NCBI GenBank assembly: GCA_902520335.1
Contig: CABYNS010000001.1
Span: forward strand, 95,604-159,603
DNA length: 64,000 nucleotides
Source of the DNA: an uncultured Pelagibacteraceae bacterium
GTDB taxonomy: Bacteria > Pseudomonadota > Alphaproteobacteria > Pelagibacterales > Pelagibacteraceae
Direction: 5' to 3'
Shown piece by piece: positions 20,244-30,045 of the stretch (the stretch's first letter is position 1; each line of letters opens with the position of its first letter). The notes under the pieces were generated by a model that was not told the DNA's origin, did not search any database, and saw only the letters and a program-made list of their open reading frames with translations. A program made the translations under genes and the position numbers.

Positions 20244-20684
20244 TTATTTAAGACCCCATGAATTTTCTATTTTAATCCAGCCTTTAAAACTCCCGGTTTT
20301 TATTTTACACCAATTATTATTACATTTCTGAATAATCAAAACTCTACCCTTTTTAATTTTCGCTAAAGGTTTTGAAAAATTCGTTGGTTTACTAAATAAG
20401 ATTTTATCTGTTTTAGGTATTATTGAATTGACCTTTTTAAGTTGAGAAACATGTATCCACCCACTATTATTTTTTAGATCAATGATCCTTCTAAAATTTT
20501 CTTTTTTATCAATCTGTTTTATGGGTAAATTAATTTTTTTATAGATATATTTAATAGGATATTCAAATCCTGGACCATATCTAACATTAACTTTATTTTT
20601 TTTTAATGAAAGAAAAATTTCATTTGCATAGAGGTTAAGTGAGAAAAAAATCCAGAATAAAATTAACAGATATAATTTTTTCAT
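20244..20684 (-). CDS. secreted SH3b-domain protein (DUF1058-like)
   Basis: Signal peptide MKKLYLLILFWIFFSLNLYA. VNVRYGPGFEYP and NNWCKIKTGSFKGWI are typical bacterial SH3 repeats. Confidence 0.7.
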   Translation of the reverse strand: MKKLYLLILFWIFFSLNLYANEIFLSLKKNKVNVRYGPGFEYPIKYIYKKINLPIKQIDKKENFRRIIDLKNNSGWIHVSQLKKVNSIIPKTDKILFSKPTNFSKPLAKIKKGRVLIIQKCNNNWCKIKTGSFKGWIKIENSWGLK

Positions 20685-20698
20685 TATTTAGAAACACC

Positions 20699-21436
20699 CT
20701 ATTTGTCTTTAAATTTAACTTTTCTAAAATTAAGATTTAAAAGGTCTATAATTAATATTTGATTTTTCAAGTTTTGCCCAATTTTCATAATCATTTTTAA
20801 TGCCTCATTTGCTTGGGTTGTTCCCACAATAGATGCAGTTGTGCCCAGAACTCCTTCAAACTCACAATTTAGGTCATCATCTGAAATTTCATTTTCTTGG
20901 TAAAAACTTTTCAAAGAAGCTGTTTTTCTGTCATTAAAATCAAATGTAAATACATGACCATCAAATTTGCTAATTGCTCCTGTTATTAATTTTTTTTTTA
21001 ATTTTATACAATAATCATTAATTAAAAACTTAGTTTTAAAATTATCTGAACCATCAATTATAATTTCATAATCTTTAATTATTTTTTTGATATTTTTCTC
21101 TTCGAGCCGTGATTTGTAAGTTTTTATTTTGGTGGATGGATTTATTTCTCTTAGTCTTTTTGCAGCTACACTTACCTTTGATTTTTTTATATCTTTAGAA
21201 GTAAATAAGCTCTGTCTATGTATATTAGAAAGATTCACAATATCGCTGTCGATAAGACCAATAGTTCCAATTCCAGCCCTCACCAGATTTTCAGCAGCAG
21301 GACAACCTAAGCCCCCAACACCAACGATTAAAATTTTAGAGGACAAAATTTTCTTTTGACCATTTGCACCTATATCCTTTAAAACTAATTGTCTTGAAAA
21401 TCTTTCAATTTGAGATTTATTTAGACTTTGCCTCAT
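20699..21436 (-). CDS. ThiF/MoeB/HesA-family adenylyltransferase
   Basis: ERFSRQLVL..IG..GQKK, IVGVGGLGCPAAENLVRAGIG, D.D.V..SN.HRQ. Confidence 0.85.
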   Translation of the reverse strand: MRQSLNKSQIERFSRQLVLKDIGANGQKKILSSKILIVGVGGLGCPAAENLVRAGIGTIGLIDSDIVNLSNIHRQSLFTSKDIKKSKVSVAAKRLREINPSTKIKTYKSRLEEKNIKKIIKDYEIIIDGSDNFKTKFLINDYCIKLKKKLITGAISKFDGHVFTFDFNDRKTASLKSFYQENEISDDDLNCEFEGVLGTTASIVGTTQANEALKMIMKIGQNLKNQILIIDLLNLNFRKVKFKDK

Positions 21437-21870
21437 TTACCAGTTGAACCAAAACCTCCCACTCCTCTTACTGATTCTGGAAGTTCATTTGTTTCTTCTA
21501 AATCTATTTTTACGACTGGAGTTAAAATCATTTGAGCAATTCTATCATTATTATCAATTTTAAAGTTTTTGTTACCATGATTAAATAAAATAACTTTTAT
21601 TTCTCCTCTATAATCACTATCAATTGTCCCAGGTGTATTTAAAACACTGATATTATTTTTTGCCGCTAATCCTGATCTTGGTCTAATCTGAATTTCATAT
21701 TCTTCAGGGAATGCAACTGATAATCCAGTTGGTACAAGGCATGACTCTCCTGGCTTTAATTCAATTGATTTATCTATATATGCCATCAGATCCATGCCAG
21801 AAGCACCATTAGTTTTGTATGATGGTATTTTTACAGAAGGATCTTTTTTTTTTACTAAAACTTTAATCAT
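21433..21870 (-). CDS. dut: dUTP diphosphatase
   Basis: GASGMDL, IRPRSGLA, GTIDSDYRGEI, RGVGGFGSTG. Confidence 0.95.
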   Translation of the reverse strand: MIKVLVKKKDPSVKIPSYKTNGASGMDLMAYIDKSIELKPGESCLVPTGLSVAFPEEYEIQIRPRSGLAAKNNISVLNTPGTIDSDYRGEIKVILFNHGNKNFKIDNNDRIAQMILTPVVKIDLEETNELPESVRGVGGFGSTGK

Positions 21871-23069
21871 TAGTTTAAATGATCAATAATTTTTTCAACT
21901 AATTCATCTGAAATTTCTGATTTAGATCTATATTTAAGCCTGTCCATTTTCCTATCTTTATAAAAAATTGACACTTCATTAAAATCGGAGTCAAAACCAA
22001 TTGAATCGTTTGACACATCATTTGCAACTATCCAGTCACAGTTTTTTTCATTTAGTTTTTTATTAGCATAGTTCTCTAAATCATTCGTTTCAGCTGCAAA
22101 GCCTACTACGAGTTTTGGTCTTAAGGAGTTATGATTGGAGATACAATCAAGAATATCAACATTTTTCTCTAATTCTAAATTAATTTCATCTTGTTTTTTT
22201 ATCTTTATTTTAGAGGCTTCTTTCACTTTATAGTCACACACTGCTGCTGAAAATATTGTAACATCGGCTGGTAAACTTTTAAGTGTCGATTGAAACATTT
22301 CTTCAGCAGTTTCAACTTTGATCAAATTGATATCATTATTTATTTCTAAATTTGTTGGTCCTGAAATTAAAGTTGTTTCAAAACCCCTTTTTAATAATGA
22401 TTTCGCAATTTCATAGCCTTGCTTACCACTGGATTTATTAGATATATATCTTACCGGATCAATATACTCTTTGGTTGGTCCTGCGGTCACGATTGCCTTT
22501 AATTTATTTTTTAGTTTGTAATTTTTGAAATAAATTTCAAGCTTATTTATTATCTCTTTTGGCTCTGACATTTTACCTTCACCGTATTCACCACATGCCA
22601 TATCTCCAATTTCAGGACCAATTAATTCATAGTTATAGGTTTTTAGTTTTGTTATATTTCGTCTAGTAGATTGATGTTCCCACATCCTTACATTCATTGC
22701 AGGAGCAATAAAAACTTTTTTATTTGATGCAAGAGTAACAGTTGAGGCTAAATCGTCGGAATTTCCATTAGCAAGTTTAAATATTGTGTTAGCTGTTGCA
22801 GGCGCAATCAAAATGAGGTCTGCCCATCTTGAAAGACTAATATGATCCATTTCTGTTTCATTTTCTACACTAAAAAGATCCTGATAAACCTTAGATTGAG
22901 ATAACGAAGTAATTGAAAGAGGTGTTACAAATTCAGCACCATTCTTAGTAAGAATTGTTTTTATAATTACACCATCTTTTTTTAAAAGTCTGATTAACTC
23001 AAGACTTTTATATGCAGCTATACCTCCACAAATTATTAATAAGATTTTTTTATTTTTCAAGTTACTCAT
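21870..23069 (-). CDS. coaBC: bifunctional phosphopantothenoylcysteine decarboxylase / phosphopantothenate-cysteine ligase
   Basis: GGIAAYK flavoprotein N-domain, PAMN, and a C-terminal ligase domain (ISNKSSGKQGYEIA, AAVCDY). Confidence 0.95.
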   Translation of the reverse strand: MSNLKNKKILLIICGGIAAYKSLELIRLLKKDGVIIKTILTKNGAEFVTPLSITSLSQSKVYQDLFSVENETEMDHISLSRWADLILIAPATANTIFKLANGNSDDLASTVTLASNKKVFIAPAMNVRMWEHQSTRRNITKLKTYNYELIGPEIGDMACGEYGEGKMSEPKEIINKLEIYFKNYKLKNKLKAIVTAGPTKEYIDPVRYISNKSSGKQGYEIAKSLLKRGFETTLISGPTNLEINNDINLIKVETAEEMFQSTLKSLPADVTIFSAAVCDYKVKEASKIKIKKQDEINLELEKNVDILDCISNHNSLRPKLVVGFAAETNDLENYANKKLNEKNCDWIVANDVSNDSIGFDSDFNEVSIFYKDRKMDRLKYRSKSEISDELVEKIIDHLN

Positions 23070-23077
23070 TTAGTGAA

Positions 23078-24643
23078 TTAAAATACCAATAGACCAAAAA
23101 TTACAAGAACTAAAAAGCCAATAATAGATTGGTTTCTAAAAGCGGTCATTTCTGATTTTTTTGTATTCAAAGCGGTATAAGAGTTTGAATTTTGTGGAAT
23201 TTGACCACTAGCCAAATATGTTAGAGCTTGGTTAGCTTTATCCATTATTTCCGGAAATTCTGGTAATCTTTTAATTACTTCAGAAGTACTTTGAATTGTC
23301 TCATTAATTGTGGTCATAGGATCTTTTGTTTCTCTCAACCAATTTTCCAAAACAGGTTTAGACGTAGTCCAAATGTTTGTATTTGGATTTAATTTTCTAG
23401 CTACCCCCTCCACAACAACCATTGTTTTTTGTAGCATAAGAAGTTGAGGTTGGGTCTGCATATTAAATTTTTCTGTAACATCAAACAATTGTTTTAATAA
23501 TTTTCCACCTGAAATATCTTTAACTGTTTGACCAAAAATTGGTTCCCCGATAGACCTCAAAGCTTGAGCTAAATCGTCTATTGGAACCCCTTTAGGAACT
23601 AGTCCGGCAACTAAATGCACTTCCGCCACTTTACGATAATCTCTTTGGATAAAACCAAATAATATTTCCGCCAAAAATCTTTTACTCATTTTATCAAGTC
23701 TGCCCATTATTCCAAAATCAATTGGAACTATATGACCATTATTATCTATAAATACATTTCCTTGATGCATATCAGCATGAAAAAATCCATCTCTAACTGC
23801 ATGTCTTAGAAAATTTTGGATAATGTCGTTTGCAATTTTTTCAGTATTTAAATTTCTTTTTTTTAATTCCTCAGTTTCTCTAATAGAAATTCCATCAACC
23901 CAATCTAATGTCATTACATTTTCACTTGTAAAATTCCAATAAATTTCAGGAACTCTAAACCCAACATCATTTTTAGTATTTTCTGCGTATTCATTAGCTG
24001 CAGCTGCTTCAAATCTTAAATCCATTTCTAAATTTGTTATTTCTTTAAGTAAAAAAACTACTTCTACCAATTTTAATCTTTTTGTCTTTTTGATAAAAGA
24101 CTCCACTAAAAAAGCAAAAAGCATAATTGCATCAATCTCATCATTAAAAATTTTTTTTATGTTTGGACGTAAAATTTTTATAGCAACATCCTTGATAGTC
24201 CCATTGTCGTTGATTTGAGCTTTATGGACTTGAGCTATTGAAGCTGCTGCAACAGGCTCACTTAAATTTATAATTGAGTCATATGTTTCCTGTCCTAAAT
24301 CATTTTTTATGATTTCTTTAGCTTGTATCAGTGAAAATGGTGGCAACTTATCTTGAAGATTTTCTAGTTGTTTTGAGAGACTCTCCCCAATTATATCTGG
24401 CCGCGTAGCTAAGAATTGTCCAAGTTTAATAAAGGTTGTACCCATAGATTCTAAGGAACCTGATAAGCGTTCACCTTCACTTTTAGTTGAATCTTTTTTT
24501 TTAGGTGAAAAAGATATTGATAAAAATTTAAATAATAATGTTATTGCTAATGGTGGCTTTTGAAATTTTGAGATTATTTCTAATATATCTGAATGAGCTA
24601 TTTTTCGTCCAAGTTTAAACAAAGTTATAAATTTTTTAATCAT
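23078..24643 (-). CDS. ubiB: ubiquinone biosynthesis protein kinase-like UbiB
   Basis: ABC1/UbiB motifs (GTTFIKLGQFLATRPD, PVAAASIAQVH, HADMHQGN) and a C-terminal TM segment. ATG 24643 gives a TAATG junction with ubiE. An alternative TTG start lies at 24655. Confidence 0.9.
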   Translation of the reverse strand: MIKKFITLFKLGRKIAHSDILEIISKFQKPPLAITLLFKFLSISFSPKKKDSTKSEGERLSGSLESMGTTFIKLGQFLATRPDIIGESLSKQLENLQDKLPPFSLIQAKEIIKNDLGQETYDSIINLSEPVAAASIAQVHKAQINDNGTIKDVAIKILRPNIKKIFNDEIDAIMLFAFLVESFIKKTKRLKLVEVVFLLKEITNLEMDLRFEAAAANEYAENTKNDVGFRVPEIYWNFTSENVMTLDWVDGISIRETEELKKRNLNTEKIANDIIQNFLRHAVRDGFFHADMHQGNVFIDNNGHIVPIDFGIMGRLDKMSKRFLAEILFGFIQRDYRKVAEVHLVAGLVPKGVPIDDLAQALRSIGEPIFGQTVKDISGGKLLKQLFDVTEKFNMQTQPQLLMLQKTMVVVEGVARKLNPNTNIWTTSKPVLENWLRETKDPMTTINETIQSTSEVIKRLPEFPEIMDKANQALTYLASGQIPQNSNSYTALNTKKSEMTAFRNQSIIGFLVLVIFGLLVF

Positions 24644-25347
24644 TAAACTTTCCAACCACTATGTATGGATACAATTCCATTAGACAAGTTCCTGTAATTG
24701 CATTTTTGAAATTTATTTATTTTCATATATTCTAAAAGCTCCTCTTGATTGACAAAATTATCAATACTTTCAATAAGATAATCATAGGGCTCTCTTTGTC
24801 CAACAACGTATTTACCAACTAAAGGAATTAATTTAGAATAATTTTTATAGATAAATTCTAAGTTTTTATTTTGTATTTTGGAAAACTCTAAACAAAAAAA
24901 TCGTCCACCTTTTTTTAAAACTCTGTATGCCTCTGATAAGGATTTATCTAAATCTTTTGTATTTCTTAATCCAAAACTAATCGTATAAAAATCAAACGAA
25001 TTACTTTTAAGGGGGAGTTTTTCTGCACAGGAAATTATCCATTTTATATTTTTATAATTTTTCAACTTTCCCTTTCCTTTTGATATCATTCCTTTATTAG
25101 GATCAATACAAGTAATATGATTATTGATATCAGTGTTATCGAGGTAAAGTTTTCCTATATCTCCAGTACCACAGGCAATATCAACCAAACTTTTATTTTT
25201 TGATGGCCCCATCATATTGATTAAGTTTTTCTTCCATAGCCTATGTATTCCAAATGACATAAAATCATTCATTAAATCATATTTATCAAAAACTTGATTA
25301 AATACGCCTTGAACTAACCCTTTTTTATTTTGAAGATGTTGTTGCAT
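24643..25347 (-). CDS. ubiE: demethylmenaquinone/ubiquinone C-methyltransferase
   Basis: YDLMND.MS.G.HR.WK, SAM motif VDIACGTGD, FGLRN. Confidence 0.93.
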   Translation of the reverse strand: MQQHLQNKKGLVQGVFNQVFDKYDLMNDFMSFGIHRLWKKNLINMMGPSKNKSLVDIACGTGDIGKLYLDNTDINNHITCIDPNKGMISKGKGKLKNYKNIKWIISCAEKLPLKSNSFDFYTISFGLRNTKDLDKSLSEAYRVLKKGGRFFCLEFSKIQNKNLEFIYKNYSKLIPLVGKYVVGQREPYDYLIESIDNFVNQEELLEYMKINKFQKCNYRNLSNGIVSIHSGWKV

Positions 25348-25380
25348 TTTTAATTAATAATTCATTTAATATAATAGTAA

Positions 25381-26244
25381 ATGCCTGAATTACCAGAAGT
25401 AGAAATTGTCCGACAATCTTTATTAAAAAATATAAAAGGTAAACAAATCAATAAAGTTTTGGTTAGAAATAGAAACTTGAGGTTAAAACTAGAAACTGCT
25501 TTTGAAAAAAAGCTAAAAAATAAATTTATTTCAAATGTCAAAAGATTCTCTAAGTATTTGATTATTGAATTAGAAAATAAAAGTTTTTGTATAGTTCATT
25601 TAGGCATGTCAGGAACAATTCATATTATTAAAAATAAAAAAGACAACCTACCCACTAATACTAGTTTTTATAATGCACCAAATTTACCCAAAAATCATAA
25701 CCATGTTGAATTTTTTTTTAAGGATATGAGATTAATTTATAATGATCCAAGAAGATTTGGTTACTTTCAAATTTTTAATGATTATAACAGGGTGAAAAAA
25801 AAATTCAAAAAATTTGGTCCAGAACCTTTTGATAAAAAATTTAATTCAAAGTATTTGATTAATTTTTTTAAAAAAAAGAAAAAGAATATAAAAAATTTTT
25901 TACTAGATCAAAATTTTGTATCTGGGATTGGAAATATCTATGCAAGTGAAATTTTATATTTATCAAAAATAAATCCCTCACTATCAGCCAAACATTTGAA
26001 AAAAGATCAATGCAAAAATATAGTTATAAATTCAAGAAAAATTTTACAAAATGCTATTAGAAAAGGAGGATCAACCATAAGAGACTTTAAAAATACCAAA
26101 GGTGATCAAGGTAATTTTCAAAAAGAGTTTAAGGTTTATGGTAGAGATAAACAAAACTGCAAAAGATTTAGTTGTTCGGGAACAATCAATAAAATAACTC
26201 AATCAAATAGATCGACATTTTTGTGTGAAATATGTCAAAAATAA
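25381..26244 (+). CDS. mutM: formamidopyrimidine-DNA glycosylase
   Basis: MPELPEVE N-terminus, H2TH region, and a C-terminal zinc finger C..C ... C..C. Confidence 0.93.
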   Translation: MPELPEVEIVRQSLLKNIKGKQINKVLVRNRNLRLKLETAFEKKLKNKFISNVKRFSKYLIIELENKSFCIVHLGMSGTIHIIKNKKDNLPTNTSFYNAPNLPKNHNHVEFFFKDMRLIYNDPRRFGYFQIFNDYNRVKKKFKKFGPEPFDKKFNSKYLINFFKKKKKNIKNFLLDQNFVSGIGNIYASEILYLSKINPSLSAKHLKKDQCKNIVINSRKILQNAIRKGGSTIRDFKNTKGDQGNFQKEFKVYGRDKQNCKRFSCSGTINKITQSNRSTFLCEICQK

Positions 26245-26295
26245 TCAATATATTATTGACTAGGCCTATTTAAGTAGTTATACCCCTGCAAAATT

Positions 26296-26556
26296 ATGGC
26301 TAATACAAAATCGGCAATTAAAAGAATTAGAAGAATATCTAAACAGACTGCGGTTAACAAGGCGAGAAAAAGTAGATACAAAATTGCATTAAAAAAGATG
26401 AACGTTCTGATTGAAAATAAAAAAAAGTCGGAGGCTTTAAAGTTCTTACCCAAGTTGAATTCCGAGTTAATGAAAATTGCCAAAACTGGAATTATAAAAA
26501 AACAAAATGCATCCAGAAATGTATCGAGAATTACAAAAAAAATAAGTTCTTTATAA
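26296..26556 (+). CDS. rpsT: 30S ribosomal protein S20
   Basis: MANTKSAIKRIRRISKQTAVNKARKS. Confidence 0.93.
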   Translation: MANTKSAIKRIRRISKQTAVNKARKSRYKIALKKMNVLIENKKKSEALKFLPKLNSELMKIAKTGIIKKQNASRNVSRITKKISSL

Positions 26557-26594
26557 TTCTCTATACCTCAAGTTGATTCAACCAAAAGAATACG

Positions 26595-26615
26595 CTTCAT
26601 ATATGAAGGTTTTGT
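26595..26615 (+). terminator. possible weak terminator after rpsT
   Basis: Perfect palindrome CTTCATATATGAAG followed by GTTTTGTCTTT. The stem is AT-rich, so confidence is low. Confidence 0.3.
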
Positions 26616-26826
26616 CTTTAATTACAATATTTAGAATTAGTATAAAAACATTATATTTGATTCAATCATAAATTTTATTTTTTTTTAAATACATATAAAA
26701 AAAATTGTCAAAGAAATTTTTGAAAAAAATTTTTTACACAATCCCAGATTTAATTTATTTTCAGTTTTGCAAAATAATTTGTTGCAATAACCGTCATTAT
26801 TGATGTAGTGGACTCTCTTCACAAAA

Positions 26827-28227
26827 ATGAACAATACACATATAAATAAAAGTTTTGATAAGATTAATCTTGATTGGGAACTGATTCAATCCGAATTAAA
26901 ACTTAAATTGGGAATAGAAGTTTATGAAAGCTGGATAAAAAAAATTGATTTACTTGAAGAGTTTAATAATTATATTTTATTAACTGTTCCGACAAGGTTT
27001 ATTCGTGACTGGATTACATCAAGATATTTAGACCAAATTCTACAAACAATCAAAAAACATAAAAAACAAATTGTTAGAATAGAATTTAATATTATAGAAA
27101 AAAAGAACGATAATAGAGAAAATTTGAATGATCTTAATCAGATAAACAAAACTCAAAATATTTCATTTATAAAAGACTCTCATCTCCAATACAGTCGAAT
27201 AGATCCCAATAAAAGATTTGAAAATTTTCTAATTGGTTCAAGTAATAAGATTGCTTTTGAGGCTTCCTTAAAAGTATCAGAGAATATTTCTCATTATAAT
27301 CCGCTTTATATATACGGGGGCGTAGGTCTAGGAAAAACTCATCTTCTAAATTCAATAGGTCATGAAATGAGTAAAAATAAAAAAGTAATGTTTATTTCCG
27401 CTGAACGTTTCATGTATCAATTTGTAAAGTCAATAAAATCTAATGATATGGTAAAATTTAAAGAGTATTTTAGAAATACAGATGTTTTATTAATTGACGA
27501 TATTCAGTTTATGAATGGTAAAGAGGCAATGCAAGAGGAGTTTTTTCATACTTTTAATGCACTTTTAGATAAAGAGTCACAAATAATTGTTTCAGCGGAC
27601 AGGCCTCCTAATAAGTTATCTAGAATTCAAGAAAGAATTAAATCAAGATTTTCTGGAGGTTTAGTTGTAGATATTCAAAAACCTGAGTATGACTTAAGAA
27701 GAAAGATCATCAATCACAAGATAAATGAATTAACGACCCTTTATACCGATAAATTAAATGTCTCAGACGAAATTCAAGATTTTATTGGTAATAAAATCAC
27801 TACTAATGTGCGGGAATTAGTAGGAGCAATAAATCGTGTAGTTTCATTCTCGAGGATTTACAACAAATTACCAAGCCTATCTGAGACAAAAATTATTTTG
27901 AAAGATTTATTAAATCTAGCAGAAAATAACGTAACAATAGATTCGATACAAACCATTGTTTGTAAATTTTTCAAAATTAGTAAAAATGAAATGTTATCTT
28001 CAAGAAGATCGAGATATTTAGTTAGACCAAGACAGACAGCTATTTACCTAACTAAAATTTTAACTACAAAGTCATTACCAGAAATTGGACGAGAATTTTC
28101 AAATAGAGATCACACGACTATAATTCATTCTGTGAAAACAATAGAAAAATTAAAAGAAAAAAATCCAGATATGAATGATAATATAAATAAATTAAAAAAT
28201 ATTATTTTATACAATAAAGAAGGATGA
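26827..28227 (+). CDS. dnaA: chromosomal replication initiator DnaA
   Basis: NPLYIYGGVGLGKTHL, LLIDDIQF, and the C-terminal DNA-binding region (R.R..A.YL...LT..SLPEIG..F..RDHTT). Confidence 0.97.
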   Translation: MNNTHINKSFDKINLDWELIQSELKLKLGIEVYESWIKKIDLLEEFNNYILLTVPTRFIRDWITSRYLDQILQTIKKHKKQIVRIEFNIIEKKNDNRENLNDLNQINKTQNISFIKDSHLQYSRIDPNKRFENFLIGSSNKIAFEASLKVSENISHYNPLYIYGGVGLGKTHLLNSIGHEMSKNKKVMFISAERFMYQFVKSIKSNDMVKFKEYFRNTDVLLIDDIQFMNGKEAMQEEFFHTFNALLDKESQIIVSADRPPNKLSRIQERIKSRFSGGLVVDIQKPEYDLRRKIINHKINELTTLYTDKLNVSDEIQDFIGNKITTNVRELVGAINRVVSFSRIYNKLPSLSETKIILKDLLNLAENNVTIDSIQTIVCKFFKISKNEMLSSRRSRYLVRPRQTAIYLTKILTTKSLPEIGREFSNRDHTTIIHSVKTIEKLKEKNPDMNDNINKLKNIILYNKEG

Positions 28228-29336
28228 AATTTAACATTAATCAAAAAGAGCTTCAGGAAGCCCTTAGCTACTGTCAGGGTGTTATAGAAAAAAGGAGCAC
28301 ATTACAAATACTTTCTAATGTTTTACTCGACGCAAGTAATTCAAAATTAACTATCACAGCCACAGATCTCGATTTGATTTTCATTCATCAAATAGAAAAT
28401 GTTGAAATTTTAGAAGAGGGAAATACAACTACTACTTCCTCAATCATGTTTGATATTGTTAGGAAATTTTCTTCAGATAAAAAATTAAACTTATCTATGA
28501 ATAGTCAAAATAAACTTCAACTAGAGTCTGAAAAATCAATTTTTAATTTAAATTGTATAAATTCCTCAGAGTTTCCACTCACTGAGGAAAATTTTAATGA
28601 TAATACGTTTGTAATAAATTCCAAACATTTTTTAAAATTACTAAATAAGTGTAAATTTTCAATATCAAATGATGAAACACGTCATTACTTAAGTGGAATA
28701 TATTTTCATCAGACTGAAGTCGAGGATAAGATCTATTTAACCGCCGTTGCAACCGATAGTCATAGGATGTCAATTTCAAAAATAAGATTAAGTGAAAAAA
28801 TAAATTTTGACCCAATTATTCTTCCAAAAAAAACTATTTTCCAACTTTGCTCTTTACTAGATAATTATGATGGTGATCTTAAAATATCCAACTTAAAATC
28901 AAAAATTAAGTTTGAATTAGCTAATAGTATTCTAATTTCTAAATTGATTGATGGAAAATTTCCAAATTATGTTCAAGTAATTCCCAAAAACAACCAAAAA
29001 AAATTAGAGACGAATCTAAAATCATTTTTAGGATCTATTGATAGAGTTGCATCAGTATCGTTAGATAAAAAGGATGGAGTTAAGTTTAAAATATCTAAGG
29101 ATACGTTAAATCTTTCAGTGAACAATACTACCAGTGGAGATGGTAATGAGACTCTAAGTGTTCAATTTGATCATGATTTAGAAATTAGTTTTAATTCAAG
29201 ATATTTAATCGATGTCGCTTCACAGCTTGACGGTGAAAAAATAGAGTTTTTTTTAAATGATACTGGATCTCCAGCTTTAATAAAAGATCCTAGTGATTTT
29301 GATAGCATCTATGTGGTGATGCCCATGAAAGGTTAA
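28224..29336 (+). CDS. dnaN: DNA polymerase III beta sliding clamp
   Basis: Three-domain clamp: LQILSNVLL, ATDSHRM, LIDGKFPNY, VVMPMK. ATGA overlap with dnaA. Confidence 0.95.
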   Translation: MKFNINQKELQEALSYCQGVIEKRSTLQILSNVLLDASNSKLTITATDLDLIFIHQIENVEILEEGNTTTTSSIMFDIVRKFSSDKKLNLSMNSQNKLQLESEKSIFNLNCINSSEFPLTEENFNDNTFVINSKHFLKLLNKCKFSISNDETRHYLSGIYFHQTEVEDKIYLTAVATDSHRMSISKIRLSEKINFDPIILPKKTIFQLCSLLDNYDGDLKISNLKSKIKFELANSILISKLIDGKFPNYVQVIPKNNQKKLETNLKSFLGSIDRVASVSLDKKDGVKFKISKDTLNLSVNNTTSGDGNETLSVQFDHDLEISFNSRYLIDVASQLDGEKIEFFLNDTGSPALIKDPSDFDSIYVVMPMKG

Positions 29337-30034
29337 TTCATCAGATTTAATTCCGAATAAATTTTATCTTCTAAAATCTTAAGGAAAATTTCCTTGTCTA
29401 AATCGTTATTTATTTTAGGCATTATAGATATTGTAATAGTTTTATTGCTAATTTTTTTTCCTAATTTAGGCCAGACATATCCAGAATTAATTGCAACTGG
29501 CTGACAAGCAATTTTAAGTTTCTCATAAATTCTAGAGGCTCCTTTTTTGAAAGGTGGTCTCTCATTTGGCAAAACCCTAGTTCCTTGAGGAAAAATTATT
29601 AGGGGTCTGTCTGAATTTTTGACCGTGCTTGAAATTTCATCATAAAAACTAAGATTATCTTTTGTAATTTGACCCCTTTTAATTGATATGGATCCAATTT
29701 TTTTTAGATACCATCCGAATATAGGTATAAGTAATAATTCTTTCTTAAGAATAAATACTGGAGAGTTAAATAAAGTTTGAAGAAAGAAAGTTTCAAACAT
29801 TGACTGATGTGATGCTGCTATAAAAAATTTTTCATTCTTAATAATATTTTCAGTTCCGTTAACTATTATTTTAGTTGAGAGAAAAAATTTTAAGCAAAAA
29901 CTCGTCCAGTGACCCATTAACTTACCACCAAATAACACTACTTGTTTAGGTAAGAAAAATGAGGGTAAAAAAATTATTGAAATAATAATAATTCCAGTAA
30001 AAAAAAATAATGAAAATATAAAGTTTCTTAACAT
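29333..30034 (-). CDS. plsC: 1-acyl-sn-glycerol-3-phosphate acyltransferase
   Basis: N-terminal TM segment, SHQSMFET (H-x4-D/E box), FPQGTR. Confidence 0.8.
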   Translation of the reverse strand: MLRNFIFSLFFFTGIIIISIIFLPSFFLPKQVVLFGGKLMGHWTSFCLKFFLSTKIIVNGTENIIKNEKFFIAASHQSMFETFFLQTLFNSPVFILKKELLLIPIFGWYLKKIGSISIKRGQITKDNLSFYDEISSTVKNSDRPLIIFPQGTRVLPNERPPFKKGASRIYEKLKIACQPVAINSGYVWPKLGKKISNKTITISIMPKINNDLDKEIFLKILEDKIYSELNLMN

Positions 30035-30045
30035 TTTGTTAAAAT

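Noticed and set aside
26626-26642. TTTAGAATTAGTATAAA in the rpsT-dnaA spacer, considered as another ICE-like site.
   Set aside because: The right half has two mismatches and there is no iron-related neighbour. It mainly shows that ICE-like strings occur by chance in this composition.
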